Shown here: positions 39,101 to 48,043 of the stretch, one piece after another
Position numbering within the stretch: position 1 is the first letter of the stretch
How the letters are laid out: each line of letters starts with the position of its first letter
Origin: a virus
IMG/VR virus record: IMGVR_UViG_3300034102_001457
Coordinates: 15,858-79,857 of that record
Direction: 5' to 3' (one strand)
Length of the DNA stretch: 64,000 nucleotides
Program-made: the position numbers and the translations under genes
Notes under the pieces: model-generated
The model's database searches: none
Seen by the model: only the letters and a program-made list of their open reading frames with translations
What the model was told of the DNA's origin: nothing

Positions 39101-39940
39101 AATAACCTAATGCTAAAGCTCCAGATAGAGGGAGATAAGTTTAAGATGACTGATGAGTTTAAGACAACCATGACTGCCCTTGAAAAGCTAGGAACATCTT
39201 TAGGCATAAAGACCACACCTCAACAAGTATTAGATCAAATTGGTGCAGCACTTTCTAAAAATCAAATTTTAGCACAAGAGGTTAATATATTAACTGGTAA
39301 GATTAGAGATGGAAGCATAACTGGATCTGGAACATTTAAAGACCCATTTAGCTTAGGTGCACAAGGCATTGGAACCAAGGGAGATATTCAGGGTGCAAGC
39401 CTTAAGAATTATGGAAACGTATTAAAAGACTTTGGTGAAATAGGAATTAGCCAGAAGCTTAAGAACTTTGCTTACAAGCAAGGCTTAGTAATGGGAGATT
39501 ATTTTTCAGCAGAAGACGAAAAGGGACTTGTTTCTGTGTTTAAGGTAAAAGATGAAGACGGAAATATTGAAAGAGTAAAAAATCCTTATGTAAAGAAATG
39601 GGGCGGCGGACCAGTAGTTAAAGGACAAACATATGCTACAAATGATAAGCTTAATGCTCTAGGATATCAGCAAGAAGGCTTTATACCGTTTACTCCACAA
39701 GTGAGTGGAACTATTTATCCAAATATTGCCACTATGCCGAGATACGATATTGGCTCTAATACTAAAATGACTGGGGTTAATATTAGCAATAGCCCAAGCA
39801 GCAACAACGTTTATAATATTGATATAGCGCTAAATGGTACAACCGTTACTGCAGAAGATGTAATGCGTAGCTTTAAGAGAGAGCTTGCGTTAGTCAATGC
39901 AAAAGAAGGAATTGACAGAAGATTTGGAGGAAGCCACTAA
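33137..39940 (+). CDS. Tape measure protein with internal cargo segments
   Basis: TP901-like core (LTVGLTVPL, LAVLGEVD, AGPV, EGANALKS), hydrophobic segments, DTVPAMLTPGEFVV motif, coiled coils; longest gene after the chaperone. Confidence 0.92.
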   Translation: MADETISTKIVANADFSGLIADVHKVTASLSKLQEKLASSNKMMANQIAVMNRSFSDTLRSTGQFSTHFVSLTSDVEKFGKNLDSGKLKLNQYFNAFRDQTKTSGGLIRDLAKQQVALQNSVLQPLGRNAQGLMQFNVQVPRGLDTVKNAAALARTELQIMNKVVQDGAGQIINFGKNTQWTGRQLTVGLTVPLVAFGNAAAKAFREADQELVRLTKVYGDVAGTSAVELGKVRDDVVQTSKEISQAMGVSFKETIALAADIAATGKTGDDLLGSVRETTRLAVLGEVDRQEAMKATLAIQSAFKQNTDELSESINFLNAVENQTSTTLNDLVEAIPKAGPVIQGLGGSVQDLALYLTAMREGGINASEGANALKSALASLINPTDVAVKKFQGLGIDLLGVVNNNAGNLTGTLMALQGALDSLDPLQKQQAIEQLFGKFQFSRLNALFENLGRQGSQTLQVLDLMNQSTAGLAQVADRELTAVTESASGKYRRALEGLKASLAEVGEQFLQINTVLITVIDKIVQFAMNLPGPVKQILALLGGVTAIAGPLIMLTGLLANFFGNMAKGVFHIKAFLKGGEGFKYLTPEMLAAEKAGKLVEQSFYSDAKAAAVLQQALRNLLDEFSLLEAKAKSGSIAVNPAVSTMAGNLVMASGRVVNPAHPLVGAMGSRASTHMVPRSGMTETERLQQTIFGMVPGSIPVNQKIGQNPQIYMNDNLPDVPGLTKIGGTSTGIVAGEAAKHHAMMATLAMQSKAEIDELKKQMVATGLLSKDFMNQFDDILPIVSKLTDNAARESALIVSELRAGKLNVEQARAKIIALNLETERMISSSMQAHAVSMGRTINPTMVPTLNQPVVDATGKSNMRELFKKGKTRDFINKVAGALGVRTSGAGYNIETTVPKRLNRGNIVPGTGNTDTVPAMLTPGEFVVNKEATAENLPLLHAINQGNFGGSVSSETRNYGPINPALMASVGKMFSRTGSFARRWFWDTSTGSSLAGQRSSLIRSISKRPILNRNGVPYTEAELRKAPKEEIQSLWANYDRGHVAPHRSISGSDSYFAPGILMPMFRGSNRSMISGGDPVAIAKSLETQSIHPTVFLDEAAEAFGYTAGARTDAAYNALVKALYGRGNKKFDPKSGDSFEKFAFDTISPFLKNIKNGSGANLLDDLSRIGTLRGTQSNRSSTGSGIGSIGPYAIADDYFNLKMNSGGMVPGYNAGGVIGNVLKSTAFKNLGAKFGKIGDSWGATSLSLGMGKKLFGSSGLTPKAQNLMYGKLISNLEKERPYGYVTNAQGHLQRALEPDIVDILLKSSASDVLSSGGKSLSKIDREILRTKYANWDSKSWTPSTSKIRKQMFGMNKGGMVPGVQYLNEGGMVQGTQYLEDGGEVAPRRGGMIRGLIAGSAVGLGGQMLGSKVGGPIGTAIQIASMIASMGMGFGAGGGTKGGGMVSRQMDKIPTQLKQPIGPLNGLAQAAAKTGGSLSGILRVFGPLLKGFSTLLKLTSPLGLAITGLTAGIGLFVKIKREQAKALETGRLAYGMDAEAAEKAGFKYTDYNAKIKTAIEDAKALKEKNIMVYESMTRANVPMTMTIEQYKKLKEQVKSTMGSYIDLFSQTDRKDVGTVAVQLKAQFMAAGDSAETATAKIFTMIKQSENANMAAQAISTNAFQSIQNMEQASAQTVKTFEAAMKTGDAESQARALHSVFQAMDASLQSTVDEQKKLGDTGEDTANRVASAVENKLNKINQLFGTQANLSEDVINEIGKTDPLLAEMLNDTDTLNSAWAKYRLTISGVAMNFQFMSGEAAIAANQLNEIVKAQVQLNPAVVAANKTYKGMTDEIARLEKAQKGQSVKAQYNAKEETDRLQKQIAAIKKAAQDKIEGIRKATDAENTQLEIQKAQLRAQQQLIQGNMSAYAEEQMTIEQLMNESNRKDAEEAILAKADIDIKPLQDKLDAMADKQEAMAKKAALAGESLTGLRSKADTYNSGLTEYTTNLNNLMLKLQIEGDKFKMTDEFKTTMTALEKLGTSLGIKTTPQQVLDQIGAALSKNQILAQEVNILTGKIRDGSITGSGTFKDPFSLGAQGIGTKGDIQGASLKNYGNVLKDFGEIGISQKLKNFAYKQGLVMGDYFSAEDEKGLVSVFKVKDEDGNIERVKNPYVKKWGGGPVVKGQTYATNDKLNALGYQQEGFIPFTPQVSGTIYPNIATMPRYDIGSNTKMTGVNISNSPSSNNVYNIDIALNGTTVTAEDVMRSFKRELALVNAKEGIDRRFGGSH

Positions 39941-40443
39941 TGCCTATGATTTTACCTAGAGGTTCGGTTTTGAGTATAGAGGCAAAAGACCTTCTAGCAA
40001 CTCCAGAAGGAACTACTAAAATTTGGAATAAGATTACTGAGCACAACAGATCAGACATTGGCATGTCCATAGAAAGAATTGAAAAGGTTGTAAGAACTTC
40101 TAACGGAACTTTAAGAAAGAACTATATTGCAGACAAAAGAAGGTTCTCTATGTCTTGGACAATGCTTCCATCTTATCGCACATTAACAGTTGACGGTGCA
40201 TGGGGAGCAGAAGATTTAAGATCATTCTATTTAAGCGATGACGGCAAAAAAGAATTTAATATAAGACTTAACCTGGCAAAGGGTGGGGCAGATACATCTT
40301 CTTCAGGTGCCCTATATACGCCAAACATGGCAAAGACATCATCAGAGCTTTATACGGTGGTATTTGGAGGCTGTAATTTTTCAGTTGTAAAACGTGGTCT
40401 ACAGCCACACTGGAATGTTTCTATTGAACTGGAAGAGGTATAA
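39940..40443 (+). CDS. Distal/minor tail protein
   Basis: Follows TMP; RTSNGTLRK...KRRFSMSWTMLP...WNVSIELEEV. Confidence 0.7.
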   Translation: MPMILPRGSVLSIEAKDLLATPEGTTKIWNKITEHNRSDIGMSIERIEKVVRTSNGTLRKNYIADKRRFSMSWTMLPSYRTLTVDGAWGAEDLRSFYLSDDGKKEFNIRLNLAKGGADTSSSGALYTPNMAKTSSELYTVVFGGCNFSVVKRGLQPHWNVSIELEEV

Positions 40444-43400
40444 TGATTTCGTCTCCTGCAGTTAAAACATTAATAGAAGAAAATACTACAATCCAAACTA
40501 ATATTGGTTGTACAATTGAATATAATATGAATTCAATGGTAGACAATATTTCAGTTGTTGGAACTGATTATGTTAGAGCAGATGGGGCCAAGCCTTATCA
40601 AAAGCTATTTCCAGCATCTTCTGTTGTCAAGGCTTTCAGACCACTTGGGGCTGGAATCAAGTACGGTGTATTTGGAGACGTAGCTCTTAATACGTGGAAA
40701 GATCCTAAAAAGGTAGAGTACCCTTTAAACTTTAGAACTTATTACCCTGGGCTAGATACATACTATAAATACTGGCTATCTCAAAAAGGCGTTGGGGCGA
40801 ACATAGAGATTACATATAATGGACAAACAATACTAACGAATAAAATTGTTGTTAGATTTGAGATATCTCATTCTATTCCTGCAACATGGTCTGTGTATAA
40901 ACAGGGCAACAGTCTTCTTGCAGAAGGAACAAGCGCTGCAATAAAGCCTTTCCCAACTGGTTCTGCAAAGAGCTATGATGCTGGAACATTAACTCTTTAT
41001 TATAACGGAACGGCATGGGTAACCACAGAGCCTGCTACTATATCCGCACCAGTATCTATTACAGGATTAAAGCTAGTAACGCCAGGTGTTACTAATGCTC
41101 ACATAGGAGTAATTGAAGTTTCTCCTAGATGGGTTGCCGATATAACAGATCACATTGTTGGATTTAGCACAAGCCAAGAATCTTCTACTAGTGCAGATGA
41201 TATTCTTCCAGTTGGAAAAGTTTCTGCAAATTCATTATCTCTTGACTTAGTTTCATATGAAGCAGCCAGAAAAATTATTACTTATGATAAGGGTACTGCC
41301 TTTAGTTCTTCTAACCTATACATGTATAAGTCCGCAGAATTAAAACCATACATAAAGGTATATTATTCAGGAGCACCCTATACTGATTCAAAGGGTGCTT
41401 ACGAGAAGGTAAAGCAAGGAACATACTATATTGATAACTGGAGCACCTCAGAGTTTGGAGATATTTCTTTAGACGCACTTGATGGAGCAAAGTTTCTTCA
41501 AGACATTTCCTGCCCTGGAATGGTTTCTAAAGATACTACTGCAGTAGGAATTATTAGAAGACTCTTGGACAACGTTGGATTTACAAACTATAACATAAAC
41601 TATAAAACAGATTCTGCTGGAAAAATAACAGACACCTCTATCCTCAGCCCGTTCTATTGGTGGACAGACGACGGAGAAACTGTATGGAATGCTATTCAGG
41701 AATTATGTAGAGATTCTCAAATGGTAGCGACATTTGATGAAAATAATGTTCTGCAATTTTACACAAGAGACTATTTGTTTTCGAGAACAGATGCTCATTG
41801 GAATTTTAAATATTCAAAAGATGGCAACATCCTTCCTAATATTATTTCTTTTGAAAAGAAAGATTTGCCAGCAGTTAATCAGGTAAAAGTTTTATGGAGC
41901 CCAGTAACATCTAGTCAGCTTATTGGAGACGGACAGCCTCTATGGAAGTCTGGATCTGCATACCTAGGCGCATATTCTTTATCAACAGATATTCCCGCTA
42001 GCACAAGCGGAGGCGGAGCTGGAACGGAAATTAGCCTAGTCCCTATAACAGTCAATCAAGACCTTAAGCAAATCATATATAACTTCGCTGGCTACTTGGT
42101 TATAGATTCTGAAATCATAGAGTATGATGCAATTGAATATCAATACATAAATACTACACTGGGTAGAACAAAGGCATGGATAACTCAGATATCTGATTTG
42201 CAAAAAATAGCTAATGACATAACTACTACCATTGCAGCAAATAAAGCAATTGGGCAAACTGGAAAGATTAGGATCAAATCTAGAGGAGCGTTTGGGACAA
42301 GTGCTGTAGCTCATGCAAAAACTGGCTCAGTTACTGGATGGACTGGATTTGATAATACATTTAGAACTAGTTCTGAAAATACGCAAGGGTCAAGCACTCC
42401 TTCAAGCATTTCTCAGGTTACTGCCACAATTCCAGACATAAATATTACTCCTTCAGAATCAGAAGAGGTAGAAGTATCTCCAGTTAAATTAATTCAAAAA
42501 TCTTTATTCCAGATAACATCTAGCGGGTCGGCTGACAAACAAAATAAATATTCTGTTTCTGTAAAAGATATGGAAATAGCAGATACTGGAAACTTCTATA
42601 ATTTTGGAACAGGTTTATTTTTTAAAGGGGCTAAAAACGATACAAAGGGATCTGGCGGTATAGGATTTTTTACAAGCTCAAATGGACTTGATGGATATTA
42701 TGTTAAATTAGAAACAACAAGTAATCTTCCAGAAAGTGGATCAGATAGGCCTTTATCTATTTTTAAAGTAAAAAATGGAGTAATCACTCCTCTAAAAGAT
42801 ACTCAAGAAAAGGGAAGCAATAAATCTCTAGCCTATTTAGCTCAGGGAGTTTCTTATAAGGTTGATATTCGTGTAAAAGTTGAAAGTTCAATTGTTGCAA
42901 TAGATGTTTTTATTAATAACTTTAAGGTAACAGCAGTTGACTCAGCAGATATAATTTCTCCAACAAGTAACGTGGCCCTATTCTCAAATGCCAACTCAAC
43001 ATTTTTTGATTATGTTTATTCTATTCCTCTTAACGAAACTCAATACAAGGACGGAGTAATTGGAAACCAATACTCTGGAAGATTTGGGTCCACAACCCTA
43101 GACTTTTTATATGGGGATAAGCTTTCAAGCGGATTTGATAATAGTGGAATATCTGGGGGAGCCATAGATGAATTTGGAACTGTAGCCAGAGAACTTTTAA
43201 AAGTAAACATTAAATATGATTCTAGACCAGCCTTCCCAATCATCACCAGTCTTGGCTTAAATAAGTTTGTAGAGCTTTTAGGATACAGGTTAAACTCCTT
43301 TGGCGCTGAGGTTTATGTTCTAAATAATGCTGGTACCTTTATTCCGCTAGACGATTCGAAGTTTGCCTCATTTAGCATAATTGGAAATACACTAGTTCAG

Positions 43401-43724
43401 TCTGGTCAAAATGAATACGTTGACAAAACAATAAACGAGTTTACCGTTCCAGAGCAGGTTACATTTGAGTCGGTTTGGATTCAAAAAGAGTCTGATGCCA
43501 AGAGCCTTTCAGACTGGATAAAAGCTCAGTGGTCAAAGAAGCAGTCTGTTTGCGAACTAGAAGTTTTCTCAAACCCCTTGATTTCTGTAGGAGATATTGT
43601 TACAATTAACTATCCAGCCAATGGACTAAATGGCACACAAAAATTTATAGTATCAAATATTAACAATTCATTTGACGGGGGGCTAAGTACCAGAATAACA
43701 ACTAGATCTATTTATAGTTCATAA
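40443..43724 (+). CDS. Minor tail protein (hub-like)
   Basis: 1093 aa; TVWNAIQELCRD, FDENNVLQF, NPLISVGDIVTI. Confidence 0.7.
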   Translation: MISSPAVKTLIEENTTIQTNIGCTIEYNMNSMVDNISVVGTDYVRADGAKPYQKLFPASSVVKAFRPLGAGIKYGVFGDVALNTWKDPKKVEYPLNFRTYYPGLDTYYKYWLSQKGVGANIEITYNGQTILTNKIVVRFEISHSIPATWSVYKQGNSLLAEGTSAAIKPFPTGSAKSYDAGTLTLYYNGTAWVTTEPATISAPVSITGLKLVTPGVTNAHIGVIEVSPRWVADITDHIVGFSTSQESSTSADDILPVGKVSANSLSLDLVSYEAARKIITYDKGTAFSSSNLYMYKSAELKPYIKVYYSGAPYTDSKGAYEKVKQGTYYIDNWSTSEFGDISLDALDGAKFLQDISCPGMVSKDTTAVGIIRRLLDNVGFTNYNINYKTDSAGKITDTSILSPFYWWTDDGETVWNAIQELCRDSQMVATFDENNVLQFYTRDYLFSRTDAHWNFKYSKDGNILPNIISFEKKDLPAVNQVKVLWSPVTSSQLIGDGQPLWKSGSAYLGAYSLSTDIPASTSGGGAGTEISLVPITVNQDLKQIIYNFAGYLVIDSEIIEYDAIEYQYINTTLGRTKAWITQISDLQKIANDITTTIAANKAIGQTGKIRIKSRGAFGTSAVAHAKTGSVTGWTGFDNTFRTSSENTQGSSTPSSISQVTATIPDINITPSESEEVEVSPVKLIQKSLFQITSSGSADKQNKYSVSVKDMEIADTGNFYNFGTGLFFKGAKNDTKGSGGIGFFTSSNGLDGYYVKLETTSNLPESGSDRPLSIFKVKNGVITPLKDTQEKGSNKSLAYLAQGVSYKVDIRVKVESSIVAIDVFINNFKVTAVDSADIISPTSNVALFSNANSTFFDYVYSIPLNETQYKDGVIGNQYSGRFGSTTLDFLYGDKLSSGFDNSGISGGAIDEFGTVARELLKVNIKYDSRPAFPIITSLGLNKFVELLGYRLNSFGAEVYVLNNAGTFIPLDDSKFASFSIIGNTLVQSGQNEYVDKTINEFTVPEQVTFESVWIQKESDAKSLSDWIKAQWSKKQSVCELEVFSNPLISVGDIVTINYPANGLNGTQKFIVSNINNSFDGGLSTRITTRSIYSS

Positions 43725-43725
43725 A

Positions 43726-43734
43726 TGGTATAAT
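43726..43734 (+). promoter_or_regulatory. Extended -10 promoter (leaderless)
   Basis: TGgTATAAT with a 6-nt gap to ATG 43741; no SD. Confidence 0.6.
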
Positions 43735-43740
43735 AAAAAA

Positions 43741-44157
43741 ATGGTATCCTCAAATAAGAAAAAGCCTTCAGTAAGCGGACAGCCGAACACGGCTGCCCTA
43801 GTTACCGTTGAGGGATCAGAGCTTGATTTTTATACAAATAAAAACTATCTAGCCTATCAGTTAGCTCAATATGCAGCGGCACAAAGAGACGGCAAATTTG
43901 CTAATGATAAGATTGGCGACGATGTCCCAGGCGATGAAGAAGAAGAAGAGACGGGTGAAGGAGAAGAGACTGAAGAGGGAGAAGAAGGCTCAGAAGGAGA
44001 AGGAAAAGGGAGACCAAGTCTTTCTGATATTGAAATAGTTTCAAACGAAGTTGTTCTAGGCGTAGGAGATATCCCTAGTGCAAAAATAGTATTTAAGGTT
44101 AAGAACAGTAGTGGGGTAGAATTAAAAGCAATAAATGTAAGAGTGGAGAAAAAATGA
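43741..44157 (+). CDS. Hypothetical tail-module protein with a Glu-rich linker
   Basis: DEEEEETGEGEETEEGEEGSEGEG low-complexity tract. Confidence 0.65.
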   Translation: MVSSNKKKPSVSGQPNTAALVTVEGSELDFYTNKNYLAYQLAQYAAAQRDGKFANDKIGDDVPGDEEEEETGEGEETEEGEEGSEGEGKGRPSLSDIEIVSNEVVLGVGDIPSAKIVFKVKNSSGVELKAINVRVEKK

Positions 44158-45080
44158 TAACTAAATTTGGAAAAAGATTTTTGACAAGTTACCTTTCTGG
44201 TGGCAATGACTTTGCCTCAAAGGAATTAGCTCTAGGGATTGGGTCATCGACCCCTAATGCAAAAGGCAATGACACAAAATTAGATTTCGAGTTTTATCGT
44301 TTGCCAGTAGAACTATCTGGTTTTAATATTTTACAGTCTGGAGTAGACGTAGACGGAGACCCAGTGTACAGCTATTTTGTAACATACAAGTCTACAATAC
44401 CACAAGATGTCTCTGGGGTAGTTTCTGAGGTAGGACTATATCCTGAAGGCAGACAATCCTTTAATAATTTTGATAGCAAATTTATTACATCCTTCACAAA
44501 TGAGTTTAACTGGTTTAGTGGATCTGATAATCCTACATCACAGGGTAACACTCAAGACGCTAGCGGCAATTATACATTTTTATCAAAGGTTAGCGATAGC
44601 ATGATAAAGGTTGATGTTGCTTCAGGACAAACAAAAGAATACATAAACTCTTTTATTTCTGATGATATATCTGGATACAGTATAAACGACACCATATCTA
44701 TTGCGTATAAAAAAGCAGACAATAATTTATCTAAGATTAGAGTAAAATTTTACAGTTCTGATTTAGCATATTATTATGTAGACTTTACACCACTGTCTGG
44801 AACTGGAGATCGGATACAGACGCTTACGCTAAACAATCTTTTTGCAAACTATACAGCTGCACCTAACTTGCCAGACCCATCTTCAATTATAAAAATTGGT
44901 GTGGCGACAACTGCATCAGGAGGCAACACAACCGTGTACTTTGATGCGATAAGAATAAATGACGAAGATACATTTGACCCAGGGTACGGCTTAATCAGCA
45001 GATCTGTTCTGTCAACACCATTAATTAAAAAAGCTGGTAGACCAGTAGATATTGAATATAAGCTGCAGTTGGATTTCTAA
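44154..45080 (+). CDS. Minor tail/baseplate-like protein
   Basis: MITKFGKRFL...ALGIG...DTKLDFEFYR...SEVGLY, a fibre-anchor-like N-terminus. Confidence 0.65.
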   Translation: MITKFGKRFLTSYLSGGNDFASKELALGIGSSTPNAKGNDTKLDFEFYRLPVELSGFNILQSGVDVDGDPVYSYFVTYKSTIPQDVSGVVSEVGLYPEGRQSFNNFDSKFITSFTNEFNWFSGSDNPTSQGNTQDASGNYTFLSKVSDSMIKVDVASGQTKEYINSFISDDISGYSINDTISIAYKKADNNLSKIRVKFYSSDLAYYYVDFTPLSGTGDRIQTLTLNNLFANYTAAPNLPDPSSIIKIGVATTASGGNTTVYFDAIRINDEDTFDPGYGLISRSVLSTPLIKKAGRPVDIEYKLQLDF

Positions 45081-48041
45081 ATGAGCAAAGACGCACAATA
45101 CGATGCAAAGAACTTTCCATCTGACTTAAACAAAAACAATAAAGTCAAAACTGGACAAGACTACTTTACAATACCTGTTGTAGATTTAAACATCGGGCAA
45201 ACGTATTCTTTTAATTTTCAGTGGGTGTACCCAAATGGCAAAGTAAGCCCTTGGTCAGACGGATATTCAGTAACAGCAGCATCTTATGTTTCTAAATTAA
45301 CTAAGCCCACAATTACGGTTACCCCAGCATCACTGGGCTATACAGTTTCTTACACTAAACAAACTGATAAAAATTTTGACAACGCTATTATTGAAGAGGC
45401 AATCTCTACATCAAATACAGCCCCAACAACTGGATATCAAGAAGTTGGAGTAACATCTTCAAACCCAATAACAATAACAGTTGGAGATGTTTTAAAAAGA
45501 TGGGTAAGATTAAAGCTTACAGATAAAATTGCTGGCAACACAGCCTACTCAGATCCAGTATCAGTTACCCCTATAGACCCAGTAGCAGCATCTCTAGACT
45601 CTACTCCTCCCGCATCAGCAAGCAGCGTTGTGGCAATATGGTCTGGTAACAATATATTAATTACAGCAACAGTTGACGCTGACTCAAAAAAGTTTATTAT
45701 AAAACTTACAAATGGAGTTAATGATGGTTTCTTTACTAAATTCCCATCAACATCTGGAACTTCACAATCAATATTAATTACACAATCCGAGCTGTTCAAT
45801 ACTTTTGGAGAGTACTATACTTCATTTACAGGTTTATTTATTTCAGCAGACTCTTTTGACAATCGTGATTCTGGAGCGTCATTTGTAGTAGGTACAAAAA
45901 CAAATCCTTTATTGAACGTAGTTCCTTCATTTACACTAACTGGAATTACAAATGGTTACACTGCAACATGGACATTGCCACCAGGTGCTTCTTATGCAAA
46001 AGTTTACGAGTCTGGAACATCCTGGGGCGCAGGAGATCCCTCAGAATCTGATTTAGTATTTAGTGGTTCAAGCCCCGCAATTATAAAGAAAACTGTTTAC
46101 ACTCAAAGATTTGTTAAGATAAGATTTGTAACTGACGATGGATTCACATCATCTTGGTCTGCTCAGCAGACGGTTACCCCTATTGACGCAATTGCAGCAG
46201 ATGTAAATGCTCCAGATGCCCCAGCAACAATATCTGCTACGGCTGGAACAGATAATACTGGAACAGTAGGATTTAATGGTTTTGTTAATATAAGTTGGTC
46301 GGCAGTATCTGATTCAACTCTTCGTGGATATAGAATTAGATTTAGGCCATACAAAGCATCAGCCCCATTTGAAAATTATTCTTATGTAGATTCTCCAGGA
46401 ACAGGAACAACCTACAGACTTGCAGGATTAGCTCTAGGTACTACTTATGAAGTAGGTATTGCTTCTTATGATGAATTTAATAACACTTCTTCTGCATACA
46501 CTGCTCTTTCTCCAAATATTCAGGTGGCTGGAGCACCATTTATTGGTACAAACGTTTCGACTACTGGATATTTTGAGGCTGGAGTAAGTGGAACAGATAC
46601 TGGAACATTTAAGTTTGGTTACGGAGTAGATACGGGTAAGCGAGGCCTTGTTTTAAATGCAAGCAACTACTGGTACATTGACTCTGCCCAGTCTGCATTA
46701 TTTAAAATAGGTGGAGCATTAAACAACTTTGTTTCCTGGAATGGAACTAAGTTATCTATTGATGGAGATTTAGGAGTTGCAGGCGGAACAACTATTGGTG
46801 GCAATATTTCTATGGGAGCATCTGGTGCCTCTATTTTTCAAGGAACATTAAATGGGTCTGGGAATTTAACTAGCGACGGATTTTTGTTAAATAGTGGCGG
46901 GCTTGTAATTAAAAAGGGTTCTGTTCAATTAAGACTTGATACTTCAGACGGTGGAATCTATGCACAATACGGACAAATTGCTGGATGGACAATTGACTCA
47001 TCTAAACTTGAAAGAGGATCTACTGGAACATACACTGGAATAAGTTCTTCTGGAACATATGCAATTTGGGCTGGCTCTGATGTATCTGCTGGAAACGCAA
47101 CGGCTAATTTTTCAGTAACTCCAGCTGGTGCTGTAATAGCAAAAAATATAACAATTACTGGCGGATCTTTAACAGTAGGAGCTTCTTCAATTGCAGCATC
47201 TACTGGAAAGCTTATATCAACAGATGCAGAAATTACTGGTAAGATTACGGCAAGCACTGGAAAAATTGGTAATATAAATATTGATAGTGGTGGACTTTAT
47301 ATATCAGATGCAACTCCACCAACATCAAGTACTGGGAATAGAGTTGTTTTTGCTGGCGGTGGAATCGCTGCATATGCAAGCGGAAGCGGTACTCCAAAAT
47401 TCCAACTAGCATCGGACGGAACTGCAGTCGTTGGTGGATGGACAATCAACGCTACGTCCTTGTCGGCATCGGGAATGACATTAGATTCTGGTTCTCAAAC
47501 TATAAGCTTTACAAGCGGGTTCATAATAGATAATGATAATTTTACATACAATGTAGCTGGCAGCACTCAAGAATCATCTACATATTACGCATCAGATGTA
47601 ACAAATACAGATGGATCAGTACAGGATTCTTTTGTCTCATCTCCACCAGGAACAGCTATAGGAAGCTCAATTAGAATCAAGCCTTCTAGTAACTTTAGTG
47701 CAACAACATCTCCCGCACTAGTAATGTCAAAAGATGGAACTAGTTACTCAACACTGCAGGCTGGAGGATCTTATATTAGCTTAAGCAGCACAGGAGTTGT
47801 TATTAATACTAATACAACTGGTGGCATTGTGCTTAAAGGATTTGCAAGCGCATATCACAGAATGTATGATGCCACCAAAGAAGCAGGAGCAGTTTTGCAA
47901 ATTTTTAGCGATGGAAGAGTTACTGCTGGTAGAGCATTCTATAGATCTGGTGCTTCAGAAAATTCTATTACAAACATAAATCATAGTACCTGGCCCTACG
48001 TTGGGCTCATAGGCGACGTTATATTTAGTACGGCGGATTAA
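45081..48041 (+). CDS. Tail fibre/host-specificity protein with Fn3 domain
   Basis: APDAPATI...W...RGYRIRFR...GLALGTTYEVGIASYD; GQIAGWTI repeats. Confidence 0.75.
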   Translation: MSKDAQYDAKNFPSDLNKNNKVKTGQDYFTIPVVDLNIGQTYSFNFQWVYPNGKVSPWSDGYSVTAASYVSKLTKPTITVTPASLGYTVSYTKQTDKNFDNAIIEEAISTSNTAPTTGYQEVGVTSSNPITITVGDVLKRWVRLKLTDKIAGNTAYSDPVSVTPIDPVAASLDSTPPASASSVVAIWSGNNILITATVDADSKKFIIKLTNGVNDGFFTKFPSTSGTSQSILITQSELFNTFGEYYTSFTGLFISADSFDNRDSGASFVVGTKTNPLLNVVPSFTLTGITNGYTATWTLPPGASYAKVYESGTSWGAGDPSESDLVFSGSSPAIIKKTVYTQRFVKIRFVTDDGFTSSWSAQQTVTPIDAIAADVNAPDAPATISATAGTDNTGTVGFNGFVNISWSAVSDSTLRGYRIRFRPYKASAPFENYSYVDSPGTGTTYRLAGLALGTTYEVGIASYDEFNNTSSAYTALSPNIQVAGAPFIGTNVSTTGYFEAGVSGTDTGTFKFGYGVDTGKRGLVLNASNYWYIDSAQSALFKIGGALNNFVSWNGTKLSIDGDLGVAGGTTIGGNISMGASGASIFQGTLNGSGNLTSDGFLLNSGGLVIKKGSVQLRLDTSDGGIYAQYGQIAGWTIDSSKLERGSTGTYTGISSSGTYAIWAGSDVSAGNATANFSVTPAGAVIAKNITITGGSLTVGASSIAASTGKLISTDAEITGKITASTGKIGNINIDSGGLYISDATPPTSSTGNRVVFAGGGIAAYASGSGTPKFQLASDGTAVVGGWTINATSLSASGMTLDSGSQTISFTSGFIIDNDNFTYNVAGSTQESSTYYASDVTNTDGSVQDSFVSSPPGTAIGSSIRIKPSSNFSATTSPALVMSKDGTSYSTLQAGGSYISLSSTGVVINTNTTGGIVLKGFASAYHRMYDATKEAGAVLQIFSDGRVTAGRAFYRSGASENSITNINHSTWPYVGLIGDVIFSTAD

Positions 48042-48043
48042 TA

